The notes: a model not told the origin generated them from the letters alone. Shown: positions 1-10,989, numbered from the stretch's first letter. The stretch: 42,458 bases of DNA from Octopus bimaculoides (GCF_001194135.2 NC_068987.1:80978093-81020550); one strand, 5' to 3'. Numbers and translations: made by a program.

Positions 1-304
1 TATATATATATATATTCAGCTGAATTATTGTAGAAACTTTCCAAAACATATCCCATAAAGTAAACACAAGAAATATAAACCAAATTATACAACAGATATT
101 TGGAATTCTCATAAACTCGAGAGACTGCATGAAACACAACATACAAAACTGAGTCCAACAGAAATATAAGTCAACATTTAACAATTAAACAAGAAAATGA
201 TAAATAATGTCAGAGAATGGACAAATGTTTATATTCTACACAAGTTTCAAAACAAGTAGTATAATATAATACAAAGTAATTAGTATCATCAACAATACTG
301 GGAA

Positions 305-430
305 CCTGTAAATAGTCATTCCTTCTGCGAGAAATAGTTGTCAAATCTCACTCAAATTACACTCTGAGCCTGTAAATAGTCATTCCTTCTGCTAGAAATA
401 GCTGTCAGATCTCACTCAGATTACACTCTG
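305..430. repeat. Tandem duplication, 2 x 64 bp
   Basis: cctgtaaatagtcattccttctgc(g/t)agaaatag(t/c)tgtca(a/g)atctcactca(a/g)attacactctg occurs at 305 and again at 369. It is part of an interspersed repeat also seen near 24905. Confidence 0.9.
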
Positions 431-564
431 TTGTCTTAGAGAAGGCCATATTATGCTACACATAGTTGTAAAACAGATGAGATAGTCATGGCTGGAATAG
501 CTTTGATTAGAGATCTGACCAGATGCTAAACTTAACATCAACAGCAACAACAATAAATTGGGTG

Positions 565-775
565 AATTAATGACCCTGAGGGCTCTGCAAGTGGAGATAG
601 GGTTTCCCATGCTGAACAGGTCAAAGAATAGAGGCCAAATTAATATGAGCCACCTCTTGTTAGAAGTAAAGAAAAATGGGTTGGTGTAGGGCCAACACCT
701 CTACAAAAAAACAAAGTTAAAGAAGCATCAATGACAATGCAAAACCAACAAAGGCTGGAAGAGGAAGGCCTAACC
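565..775 (+). mobile_element. Degenerate 5' UTR remnant of an RTE-clade LINE
   Basis: gaccctgagggctctgc...agggtttcccatgctgaacaggtcaaagaatagaggcca...gggttggtgtagggccaacacctctacaaaaaa resembles the recalled RTE/BovB-like 5' UTR (GACCCTGAGAGCTATGC...CCCATGCCGGACAGGTCAAAGGGTAGAGGCCA...GGGTTGGGCGCAGGGCTAACAACCC). No ORF follows. Confidence 0.45.
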
Positions 776-1060
776 ACATCTCATGTCAGAGTAACAGCTT
801 CAAGAAACTTATCCATATTCCAACAGTAAGTTGATACATGTTTGTAAAATCAGCTCCCAAAATTGCACAACAAAGACAAAAACCCCAAATACAGGACATC
901 TGACCATTACATTGACTCTTTCCTTCCATCAAATACCAGAAAAGAATTAGTGAAATTAAAAATCTTAAAACTATTTGGATGCAACAACATCACTATCATG
1001 TACTTAAAACACATAAGGCCTGGTGCAATAATAAATGTATTCACTAATATTTTCAATGAA

Positions 1061-1383
1061 GGCATGTGGCTTAGTAATTAGAGTATTTGGCTCACAAGTG
1101 TAAGGTTGTGAGATCAATTCCTGGTGATGCATTGTATCTTTGAGCAAGACACTTTATTTCACATTGCTCCAGTCCACTCAGCTGGCAAAAATGAGTTGTA
1201 CCTGTATTTCAAAGGGGCCAGCCTCGTCACATTCTGTGTCATGTTGAATCTTCCTGATAACTAACTACATTAAAGGTATGCATATCTGTGGAGTGCTCAG
1301 CCACTTGTACGTTAATTTCATGAGCAGGTTATTCTGTTGACCAGATCAACTGGAACCCTTATCATCAAAATTGATCGAGTCCC
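1061..1383 (+). mobile_element. tRNA-derived SINE with a Meta/V-like central domain
   Basis: A-box-like tggcttagtaatt and B-box-like gagatcaattcc, followed by tttgagcaagacactttatttcacattgctccagtccactcagctgg, which resembles the conserved MetaSINE core. Confidence 0.65.
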
Positions 1384-1555
1384 AGAATCTGATAAGATGG
1401 GAAGAAATATTTTGAAAGCCTAACAAAACCTCATTCAAAGTAGCAACATACATAAAGAACTTTTATCCTCCCCTGCAAAGCTTAAAAATTTCTAGTAAAG
1501 CTCAACCTTGACATCACCAATCCATATATTCCTTTTTCTATCTCACAGCTTGGAT

Positions 1556-1780
1556 TTAATCCTTTAGCATTTAAACTGGTCATATTTGGCCCAAATATTC
1601 TACCTTTTTATGTTTAAACTGGCCAAAATTGGCCTCTCTCTCCTACCCTACAATGTCATTTTAAAAATAATCAATCACGTCATTAAAACCTTAAAGCTAC
1701 AAGGTTAAGGGTTAATTCAAAACAATGTGAATATATAAGAATTGCATTTGACAGAGTTAATCTCAATGCTAAAGACTTAA
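1556..1780. mobile_element. MITE with TTAA ends (piggyBac-like non-autonomous element)
   Basis: Left end ttaatcctttagcatt. Reverse complement of the right end is ttaagtctttagcatt (14/16 match). TTAA at both outer edges. Confidence 0.65.
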
Positions 1781-2260
1781 ACCTTTCCACTCAGCTATCA
1801 CATAACTCACAATCCTTATGCAAAATAATGAATCTGTTTCTGGTTTAAAACAAAAAATTACATGCGCCATTCTAACTACCATTGGCATCAGCAAAGCATT
1901 TAAGACATTTAAGACCATTCTACTTCCCAACTTATAAAAATACTAAACATTTCCTAAAGAAAGGACTTAAAAAAAAAAAGCTGGCAAGTGAGTTACATCT
2001 CAAATTACAAAACCATCATCGTTTTCGTTGTCGTTGTCGTCATCATCATCATCGTCATCATCACCACCACAACCACCACCATCCTCATCGGCATTGGAGG
2101 TGGTGGGGATTTATCTCCCTGCTAGTGATATAAACAAGAGTGCATTTTGCAACAAAAGCCAGTATGAGAGTTCTTCTAATGGTGACTACCTCAGTATAAA
2201 TTATTCTATCAGAATATCCACATTTAAGTAGGGATAAATAAATAAATAAACAAATATATC

Positions 2261-2306
<46 letters not shown>

Positions 2307-2469
2307 TACATATGTGCAAATTGTATTGATAACCAGCTGCAGGAGTCTCTTCCTGGGGTTAAAAACAGTAGTAACATCAAACATCTATATTGATGTCGTA
2401 ATAAACATTAATTCTCAGTATAGTTTCATCTCTTATAGAGATTTTTTAACTAGCTACTTTGCTTGTTAA

Positions 2470-2665
<196 letters not shown>

Positions 2666-3464
2666 GTGTTTATAGATACATTAAAAGCAAAAGATAAACT
2701 TTTAGAATCTGAGAGTAGAACAATGAAAACCTTCACTAGAAATAAAGGCTTTAATCTTAAACTTAGCCAAGAGATATCTATAAAACAACTTGAGGGATCA
2801 AAATAATAGATGAAACACCAATAATTAAGATATATTATTATCTATTGCATTTCACTTAAAAACATTGATCCAAATATTCAACTACATTACAGAAAAAAAA
2901 TGTTAATAAACATAATTTTCTTTTATATAAATTTGTGAAATTTTCATTACATAATAAACATTTTCTTGCAGATATATTTCAGAACATAGATAAATGTAGT
3001 TCACACACGTAACCTAGTGAAGTGCAAATAGTTTTACAATAAAACATTTACAGGTTAAAGCAATTAGAGGCAAGAAATACAATGAATGCAAGATAAGCAG
3101 ATTTCATAATTTATTGATAAATGTAAAAAAGGTGTAATTGATATCTATTTCAAATTGCTGTGATAGGATAAAATTTCAGTTCCTTTAAAAAAATTCAGTA
3201 GAGTTCATAATAACCCACTCGCTAATGTTTCCCCTCTTTTGCTACGTCAAAAACACATTATTATGCAAATATTCATAGAATATTTTATCGGATGAACAGA
3301 TGGTGTAACTTACTGGAGATGTCAAATTTAAAATTCTTCAGAAATTGTATTTTAATGAGTTATATTTCTGTTGAATTTATGATGATGGCATTTAATAAAT
3401 GCATTTTAAATTAAACACCTTGTTTGCATATTTAATTAGGTGTATCATTACATTTAAATATGTG

Positions 3465-3666
3465 CAGTCATTGGACTGTAGCCACGCTGGAGCACTCACT
3501 GCCTTGAATGATTTTAATCAAACAAATCGCCCCCAAGAACTTTTTTCTCTTTTAAAAAAGTCTCATGCTTATTCTGTTGGTCTCTTTTGCCAAACTGTTA
3601 AGTTAAGTAGATGTAAACAAACCAACATTTGTTGTGAAGTATAGTGGGGACAGACATAAACACAAG
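3465..3666. mobile_element. Interspersed SINE-like repeat, family C
   Basis: cattggactgtagccacgctggagcac...ctattctgttggtctcttttgccaaactgttaagt...gtaaacaaaccaac. Homologous copies at 28983-29180 (same orientation) and 30830-31015 (inverted). Confidence 0.7.
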
Positions 3667-3734
3667 AACAAGCGATATGTTGTTCTGGAGTAAACTTATT
3701 AAGTCAAGTGAAACTGTAGTCATGGCCATTGAGG

Positions 3735-3942
3735 GTGTCATGTAAATGGCACCCATGCTGGTGGCACATATAAAACAACCATTATGCTCCTGAAGTAGTT
3801 GGCATTACAAAGGGCATCAAGCCTTAGAAACCATGCTAAATCAAACCAGAACCTTGTGCAGGTCTTTGGCTTACCAGTTCTAGTCAAATCATATAACCCA
3901 TGCCAGCATGGAAAGCAGACGCTAAATGATTATGATGATGAT
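3735..3942 (+). mobile_element. RTE-tail repeat (family D) ending in (GAT)n
   Basis: ggtggcac...aaagggcatc...acccatgccagcatggaaagcagacgctaaatgattatgatgatgat. Many copies in the window. Confidence 0.7.
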
Positions 3943-4208
3943 ATACATATGTATATATACATAGTGTTGTATTTTGAGATATTCTTTTTTTTTTCTTTTT
4001 TGCCTAATAAACACACACTATATATTCATTCTTCACTTGAATATTACTGTTCTTATTTTAACTCATGTCCATTGTCCAGAAATCTTTCATCACACATCTG
4101 TGACCTCTTCAGCAACTCTTTCCCTCCTTGTATGTGCTCCTGCTCTACTTAGGCCTTTCTGTTCTTTTATGATGTGTATCCTTATATGTGTATGCATTTG
4201 TGCTTGTA

Positions 4209-4251
<43 letters not shown>

Positions 4252-4443
4252 ATGTGTGTCATTGTTCTTAAGGGTACTATGACCCTCCCTACCACCCTTC
4301 CCCTCCCCCATTACCGCTGTTGCTGCCCTTGGCCTCAACTTTTAGTACCATTCCTGTATCTCTCAGAGACAATATTTGTTTCAATACAAGATTTCACATC
4401 CAGAATCTTGCAACACAAATTCATAAACATAATATATATATAG

Positions 4444-4916
4444 AGAGTTATTAATATTTCTAAGTCTCTCTAAAGGAGACTACGGCAGCGGTACTGGAAA
4501 TTAATAGTTATCGCCAAGCCAACATGGCAGTCCCAAAATTAGGACGAAAGCTACCGTGAATTAACTCCAAGAAGCCATCGCCTCTAGCTAGCTATGTGAC
4601 ACACGAAACCTGTGTCCTTTATAACCTTCGAACAGGGGAGGTCAGCAGCTCCCCCTTGCTGGTTTGGCATCTGCAGACTAGTTTCAGGGTGTTGCCCCTT
4701 GTCAATGCAGAGCAGCCAAGCTCCAGCCAGGCGGTGCTACTGATTGTCTGTTCGAAGGTTATTTATCTAATTTCAGTGGAATCTATCCACTGGTTTTCAG
4801 AAATAGAGTTATTAATATTTCTAAGTCTCTCTAAAGGAGACTATGGCAGCGGTACTGGAAATTAATAGTTATCGCCAAACCAACATGGCAGTCCCAAAAT
4901 TAGGACGAAAGCTACC
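4444..4916. repeat. Head-to-tail tandem repeat, 361-bp unit (1.3 copies visible, runs into an N-gap), extensively self-complementary
   Basis: agagttattaatatttctaagtctc... starts at 4444 and 4805. The ~112 bp visible in both copies differ at 2 positions (ctacggc/ctatggc, ccaagcc/ccaaacc). Perfect 15-bp inverted pair 4621-4635/4748-4762 plus many shorter hairpins. Confidence 0.9.
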
Positions 4917-5573
4917 NNNNNNNNNNNNNNNNNNNNNNNNNNNNNNNNNNNNNNNNNNNNNNNNNNNNNNNNNNNNNNNNNNNNNNNNNNNNNNNNNNNN
5001 NNNNNNNNNNNNNNNNNNNNNNNNNNNNNNNNNNNNNNNNNNNNNNNNNNNNNNNNNNNNNNNNNNNNNNNNNNNNNNNNNNNNNNNNNNNNNNNNNNNN
5101 NNNNNNNNNNNNNNNNNNNNNNNNNNNNNNNNNNNNNNNNNNNNNNNNNNNNNNNNNNNNNNNNNNNNNNNNNNNNNNNNNNNNNNNNNNNNNNNNNNNN
5201 NNNNNNNNNNNNNNNNNNNNNNNNNNNNNNNNNNNNNNNNNNNNNNNNNNNNNNNNNNNNNNNNNNNNNNNNNNNNNNNNNNNNNNNNNNNNNNNNNNNN
5301 NNNNNNNNNNNNNNNNNNNNNNNNNNNNNNNNNNNNNNNNNNNNNNNNNNNNNNNNNNNNNNNNNNNNNNNNNNNNNNNNNNNNNNNNNNNNNNNNNNNN
5401 NNNNNNNNNNNNNNNNNNNNNNNNNNNNNNNNNNNNNNNNNNNNNNNNNNNNNNNNNNNNNNNNNNNNNNNNNNNNNNNNNNNNNNNNNNNNNNNNNNNN
5501 NNNNNNNNNNNNNNNNNNNNNNNNNNNNNNNNNNNNNNNNNNNNNNNNNNNNNNNNNNNNNNNNNNNNNNNNN
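4917..5573. other. Assembly gap (N run); other gaps at 17482-17869, 20989-21528, 23874-24801, 27704-28000, 41114-41544
   Basis: N runs seen directly. Most are bordered by microsatellites or high-copy repeats. Confidence 0.99.
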
Positions 5574-5592
5574 ATATATATGTATATTGAGC

Positions 5593-5813
5593 GTAGCCGT
5601 TGACAGTACCACCTGACTGGCCCTCATGCTAGTGGCACGTAAAAGCACCCACTACATTCTTGGAGTGGTTGGAATTAGGAAGGGCATCCAGCTGTAGAAA
5701 CTCTGCAAGATTAGATTGGAGCCTGGTGCAGCGGTCTGGCTCACTTGTCCCCAGTCAAACCGTCCAACCCATGCCAGTGAGGAAAGCGGATGTTAAACGA
5801 TGATGATGATGAT
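5593..5813 (+). mobile_element. RTE-tail repeat (family D), well preserved
   Basis: gtggcacgtaaaagcacccactacattcttggagtggttggaattaggaagggcatccagctgtagaaactctgc...cgtccaacccatgccag...gttaaacgatgatgatgat. Confidence 0.8.
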
Positions 5814-5819
5814 ATACAT

Positions 5820-5853
<34 letters not shown>

Positions 5854-5866
5854 CATACATACATAC

Positions 5867-6127
<261 letters not shown>

Positions 6128-6469
6128 GCATCTATGTGCAGTAAAACAATAGTCATGAGAAATTACTCCAAGTCTGTTAGCAGCAACACATATAATTGTT
6201 CAGTTAGGCATGCAGTCTACGAGAAATATCAATTTCAGAATGTTGAAGGAAGAATTTTATATTCTTGGACTGAATATTTTGCTCTGCATAGTTCTAAGCA
6301 CAGACACAGTAGTATGATTAAGAAGTCTGTTTTGAATTCATGTGGTTCCAGGTTCAATCTCACTCTATGGCACCTTGTACAAGTATATTTTCTGCCTCAG
6401 CATTAGCTTGATCAATGCTTTGTAAGAAGAATTTGGTTGACAAGATGTTTGTTAGGCTATCTTATCTTG

Positions 6470-6473
6470 TCTG

Positions 6474-6528
<55 letters not shown>

Positions 6529-6605
6529 GCCTGCCTACTTGCCTGCCTGTCTGCCTGTCTGTCTGTCTGTACATTCATACATACATACATACATGCATAC
6601 AGACA
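6470..6605. repeat. Compound tetranucleotide microsatellite (TCTA)n-(CCTG/TCTG)n-(CATA)n
   Basis: Seen directly. Confidence 0.9.
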
Positions 6606-6727
6606 TACATCTGTTTGACGCAGGTCAAACTCATTAGGCACCAGCAAATCTGCAACAGACATGGACATCCCTCTGTAAATCTTCACTTGTGAGGCCAAAC
6701 CAAGAAGTACGAATATAAATATATATT

Positions 6728-6812
6728 TGGGCAAGTGCCTTTTACTATAGCCTCAAGCCGACCAAAGCCTTGTGAGTGGATTTGGTAGATGGAAGCTGAA
6801 AGAAACCCATCA
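6728..6812 (+). mobile_element. SINE family A, 3' half
   Basis: ttgggcaagtgccttttactatagcctcaagccgaccaaagccttgtgagtggatttggtagatggaagctgaaagaaaccc. Confidence 0.75.
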
Positions 6813-6845
6813 TACATATATATATACAAACATATATATACATAT

Positions 6846-7165
6846 ATCATCATCATCATCATTGTTTAACGTCCATCTGCCATGCATGCATAGGTAGGAT
6901 AGTTGACAGGGGCCAGCCAGGTAGAAAAACTACTCTAGGCTAGTGTGTCTATTTTGGCAGGGATTTTACAGCTGGATGCCCTTCCTAACACAGAGTGGAC
7001 TCAATGCCTTTTACGTGACACTAGCACAGGCAAAGTTAGTTTCGGCATGAATTTTACAGCTGGGTGCACTTCCAAACACCAACCACATTACAGTATGGAC
7101 AGAACACTTTTAACGTGCCATCACCACTGGCAGGGTAACCAAGTAACTTGCAAGACAAGGAATTA
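6846..7165 (-). mobile_element. RTE-tail repeat (family D), rearranged or partly duplicated
   Basis: (CAT)n-tgtttaacgtcc...ttttacagctggatgcccttcctaac. The cagctgg...cttcc.aac module recurs at about 6968 and 7058. Confidence 0.65.
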
Positions 7166-7233
7166 TGAGAGGGGCAGGGCATTTGAACAGGAGAACTTGT
7201 GTATACATACATACATACATGTATATATATATA

Positions 7234-7440
7234 TGAGAATTCATGAAAAAACAACAGACGAAGACAGGTGGTGTAAACAACAAATGGGTGTATTAGTATA
7301 ACGCTCAGGAATAGAGAAAGTCTTTAATGTTTCAAGCCTATGCTCTTCAACAGAAAGGAACACAGAAAGAAACAAGGAGAGAAACAAAGAGAGAAAAAAA
7401 ATATGTGTGTAGTGGTCAGCGATCTATCATGGCGAATGCC
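7234..7440 (-). mobile_element. Short Penelope-like (PLE)-derived element with a minimal hammerhead-like motif and (TA)n tail
   Basis: Reverse strand reads ttcctttctgttgaagagcataggcttgaaacattaaagactttctc...cctgagcgttatactaatac...gtcttcgtctgttgttttttcatgaattctc-(TA)n. Homologous to 29340-29507. Confidence 0.55.
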
Positions 7441-8244
7441 AGATATACAAGTAGGCAGGTATTTATTTATATATATGCATACTGCTTCATTTGTTGAAGC
7501 TGGTTGGTGATGCAAGTCACATGTTCAGTTTGCAGAAACAGAACTTGTCCCAGAACTAAATAAATATTTTCACATGTTGGTTCATTGCAATTCTTTTCAG
7601 CTTGTTTCTTATTTGTCCTTTATACCAGTAATTCTAAAGTTCAGGAAAAAAAAATTGAACTAGGCTTATTTAGTGAAAAAAATTACTAATTTTGTTTGTA
7701 TTTTATACCTCTTTAGAATTAATGCTCTATATCGCATACTTCTTAATTATTGTGTTGTTGCTCATAAAGTAGTCTAATTCTGAACACAGTAATTGGTTCT
7801 GGCATCTGTTAATCATTAGTTCATAAATAGGTGAAATAACATTGTTGTGTTGCTATTTTTATTTTAAATTTCCTTTTAACCAGTTGTTTCATTATAGTAG
7901 AAGAATAAACTCAAATTACTGAACAAAACAAAGTAGGAGCAAATTTACTTTCAAAAACTTGCCCAGGGGTAAATGAAATAATAAAGATGAAAGAAATAGT
8001 TGGATATCCTTGTTTTAAAACATGCCGAAGACTTTTTTTTGTTGATCATTGGAAAGGTTCTTTTTTTATGCTATGACTGCTGTTTGGATGCTTAACTGTA
8101 GCAGTATAGTGTTTATAGAATTTGAACTTCTTAATAATGGTTATCTTGAGATCTGTTTTTAGTATATTTTCTTAAACTTGGTGTAATTCAGATTATTTGG
8201 ACCTTCCTATAAACTTACTGTTTCATTTCATGTAATTATTATTA

Positions 8245-8614
8245 TTATTACCTCTGGCTTAGTGAAAGTGGAGGTATTGTTTTCAGTTGTGTTTGTTTGT
8301 TAATTTGTCCATGGACAAGATATTTCAAGAACTGCTGGATTGATTCAGATGAAACTTTCAGGGATGTTTGGCCTCGTGACTGGCATGAACTGATTAGATT
8401 TTGGGATCAATCCGGTACTGAACAAGAATTTGGGATTATTTTTCTTGTTTTTTATTTAATTTTTTTGAGAGCAGTCTGGTTCATTTTTAGTATTCTCATT
8501 TGTGAGAGCAGTTAAGTTTATTTTAGATATTCTCATTTTTAAAAATCATCTCTGGTAAATAGTGGAAAGAATGTTGGTACTGCCTTGGTGGAGGTTTGCG
8601 CTCTCTGAGTGCTC

Positions 8615-8619
<5 letters not shown>
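8245..8619 (+). mobile_element. Helentron-associated non-autonomous element (HINE/DINE-1-like)
   Basis: Starts ttattacctc..., has a gtttgtttgtt microsatellite core and gatatttcaagaactgctggattgattcagatgaaacttt, ends ccttggtggaggtttgcgctctctgagtgctcttgtt (subterminal IR plus 3' hairpin). Second copy at 16390. Confidence 0.7.
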
Positions 8620-8682
<63 letters not shown>

Positions 8683-9236
8683 GAGTGAGAGAGCAGCGCA
8701 TGCCATCAAAGTGACACCAGGGTAAAATATACGAAGCCCATTATACCCATCATGACTACCTGTCTGATAAGGGTACACCAGGCACATGCATCACAACCAT
8801 ATGTGCGTGACATGGTGATCTCATATCAAGATAAACAACATATGACCTCACAGGTGGGGCCCAGTTAGAATCTTCATCAGGTCGAGTAGCCCATCCCGCT
8901 CAAAAGGTCCCTGAATAAGGTTTGTTTAAGGATGTTGAGAAAAACACCCATGTTTCCAAAGGTGAATTGTTCAAACCCCAAAGAATTCCTCTCAACACAT
9001 GGCTATGATGCTCCCCCACTACTTCTGATCATGATTAGAGATGCACATATCGTCAGCCACCAAGGGACATGCTCAACTGGTTAAGGTCAAACAACTGTCA
9101 AGCAAATCTGTGGTATTAAGCAGAATATTTGCTGTAGCCTATCTTTTATACCAAGACAAGACAATGTACATGATAACACTTCCAATCAGTTAACATCAGA
9201 AGCCATGATATCCACTGCCTGGTACTGCATCAGGGC

Positions 9237-9240
<4 letters not shown>
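8683..9240 (-). mobile_element. ~560-bp non-coding interspersed element embedded in (TTA/TAA)n
   Basis: Complex, GC-richer sequence with sharp edges, bounded on both sides by pure (TTA)n (8619-8682 and 9240-9280) in the same orientation. No long ORF. Confidence 0.6.
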
Positions 9241-9281
<41 letters not shown>

Positions 9282-9505
9282 GGTAGTGAGCAGGCTGAAT
9301 TGTTAGTATGTCATACAAAACGCTTAGAAGCATTTCTTCTGGCTCTTTACAATCTAAGTTTAAATTCCAACGAAGTCAACTTTGCATTTTATCCTTTTTG
9401 GACCAATAAAATAAGCACCAGTTGAGCACAGGGGTCAATGTAATCAACTAGCTCCCCCATCCTCCAAAATTTCAAGCCTTGTGCCAATAGCAGAAAGAAT
9501 TATTA
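9282..9505 (+). mobile_element. SINE family B (tRNA head, Deu/Nin-like core)
   Basis: ggtagtgagc...gaattgttag...gtcaactttgcattttatcctttttggaccaataaaataagcaccagttgagcacaggggtcaatgtaatc. Matches the 13424 copy. Confidence 0.7.
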
Positions 9506-9532
9506 TCAGTCGTAGTATCAATAATATTAATG

Positions 9533-9850
9533 TTATTCAGTAGTCTTATTTTTATTGCATTCTTTCACTGCACTACAAAAGCTAGCTCAGTGTGCCTTGG
9601 GTATGTACTGTGGTTTGTTTTGGTTTTGCTATTTTTAATGTTTTGAAAGTTCTCTACATAGGATATATGTGATTCCTAGCAATACTATTTTCTCTATGTT
9701 ATATATATTTCAAATCCTGGTGCTCTTGTTATGTATTTGTCTGAATATTTTTTGACCATACCTAAAATACACATTATTATAAGAATTGTGTCTGTCTTCA
9801 GGTTCTACATCCCGGTTGTCTCTATTTTCTCTCTTTCTTTTAGAGATACA
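9533..9850 (-). mobile_element. 3' fragment of an R4/Dong-clade (RLE endonuclease) non-LTR retrotransposon
   Basis: Minus-strand translation KIETTGM*NLKTDTILIIMCILGMVKKYSDKYITRAPG, then after a frameshift YNIEKIVLLGITYILCRELS. This matches the R4/Dong C-terminal pattern (W.LK....P...GALG......IQK..LLGT..ILRR.L). Short 3' UTR ends at a decayed (TAA)n. Confidence 0.7.
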
Positions 9851-9880
9851 TTGTTATTGTTGTTGTTAATAATAATAATG

Positions 9881-9940
<60 letters not shown>

Positions 9941-10734
9941 CACAATAAATAATGGACATGATGTGCTAGACAGAGGCATGCTGCTATGAAACAACAGTCA
10001 AAATATCTGTAATTTCTTTCCTTTTTCTAAAGAACAGCTACAACAAGAATAAAATGAGTTAGGTATTCAGAAAAGCTATAATGAACAACTTGTTTGCATT
10101 GTTACTTACCTGCTTATAGCTTCCCCTTTTGCTATCATCGTTCGTAATATTTTCTTTTAACATATCCAATCAGTGACTTGATTTCCCTCAAGAATGTTAC
10201 ATGATTGACATTTTGGTTGTTGAATTCTCTGAGAAACCCTTACAGTCAAATTGGGATTATTAGCATCAGATTAAAAGAATTCTTTGGATGAGCAATATAA
10301 GCCAAAAGGATAACTTGAATAGAAACAAGTGAAGGATAAAACTAGAAATTTTGAGTATATGATAGTGGCAGTAAGAGAAAATCTAATGAGAATTTGTGCA
10401 GAAGAACAGTAAAATAATATTAGACTATTGTCAGAGAAGTAATAAGATATATGTTCGTAATTACTGAGAAACAAATAGTAACTACACAATTTATGACATG
10501 CATTCACTTACAATTCCCAATGATTCTATCATATAAAGAATTTCTTCTCAGCAATTCCATTTTTCTTTTACAGGCTTCAGTCTATAGACTGAAGCTATGA
10601 TGGTGCACTATATTCAAGGGTATCTTGTCGGTCATGTTAAACCCAATGCTTATTTCAGAATGATACTTTAGTATTCATTTTATCGATGACTATTTATTAT
10701 TTCATATTATTTAATAATCCTTTCTATTATAAGC

Positions 10735-10925
10735 ACAAGGCCTGAAATTTTAGGGAGAGTGCTACTTGATTATATCTGCCCCAGAGTTTGGCTGGTACTT
10801 AATCTATCGACTTCAAAAGGATGAAAGGTGACATCAGCAGAATCTGAACTCAGAATGTAAAGACAGACAAAATATTGTTAAGCATTTGATTCAGTATGCT
10901 AATAATTCTGCCTGTGTTACCACCT
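10735..10925 (-). mobile_element. SINE family B
   Basis: ctggtacttaatctatcgacttcaaaaggatgaaaggtgac...gaactcagaatgtaaagacag is the reverse complement of the family B core. Confidence 0.7.
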
Positions 10926-10989
10926 TCATGTCATTTAATAACAAAATTCTCAAAGATCCTTTGTCATGCAAGTTACTTGGTGACTCTGT

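Noticed and set aside
4475-4533. Group I intron P7-like pair (gagacta / cagtcc) in the 361-bp unit
   Set aside because: There is no room for J8/7, no identifiable P3-P6, and gagact has a better local partner (agtctc).
4444-4916. CRISPR-like repeat-spacer reading or a canonical hammerhead, twister, pistol or HDV ribozyme
   Set aside because: The whole unit repeats with no variable spacers, the context is eukaryotic, no CUGANGA occurs on either strand, and I could not fit the other ribozyme consensus patterns by eye.
8874-8880. CUGAUGA on the minus strand of the TAA-embedded element
   Set aside because: No stem II-GAAA follows, so it is not a hammerhead.
10104-10260. Perfect minus-strand donor CAG|GTAAGT at 10110
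   Set aside because: No good acceptor upstream, and all frames close within about 60 nt.
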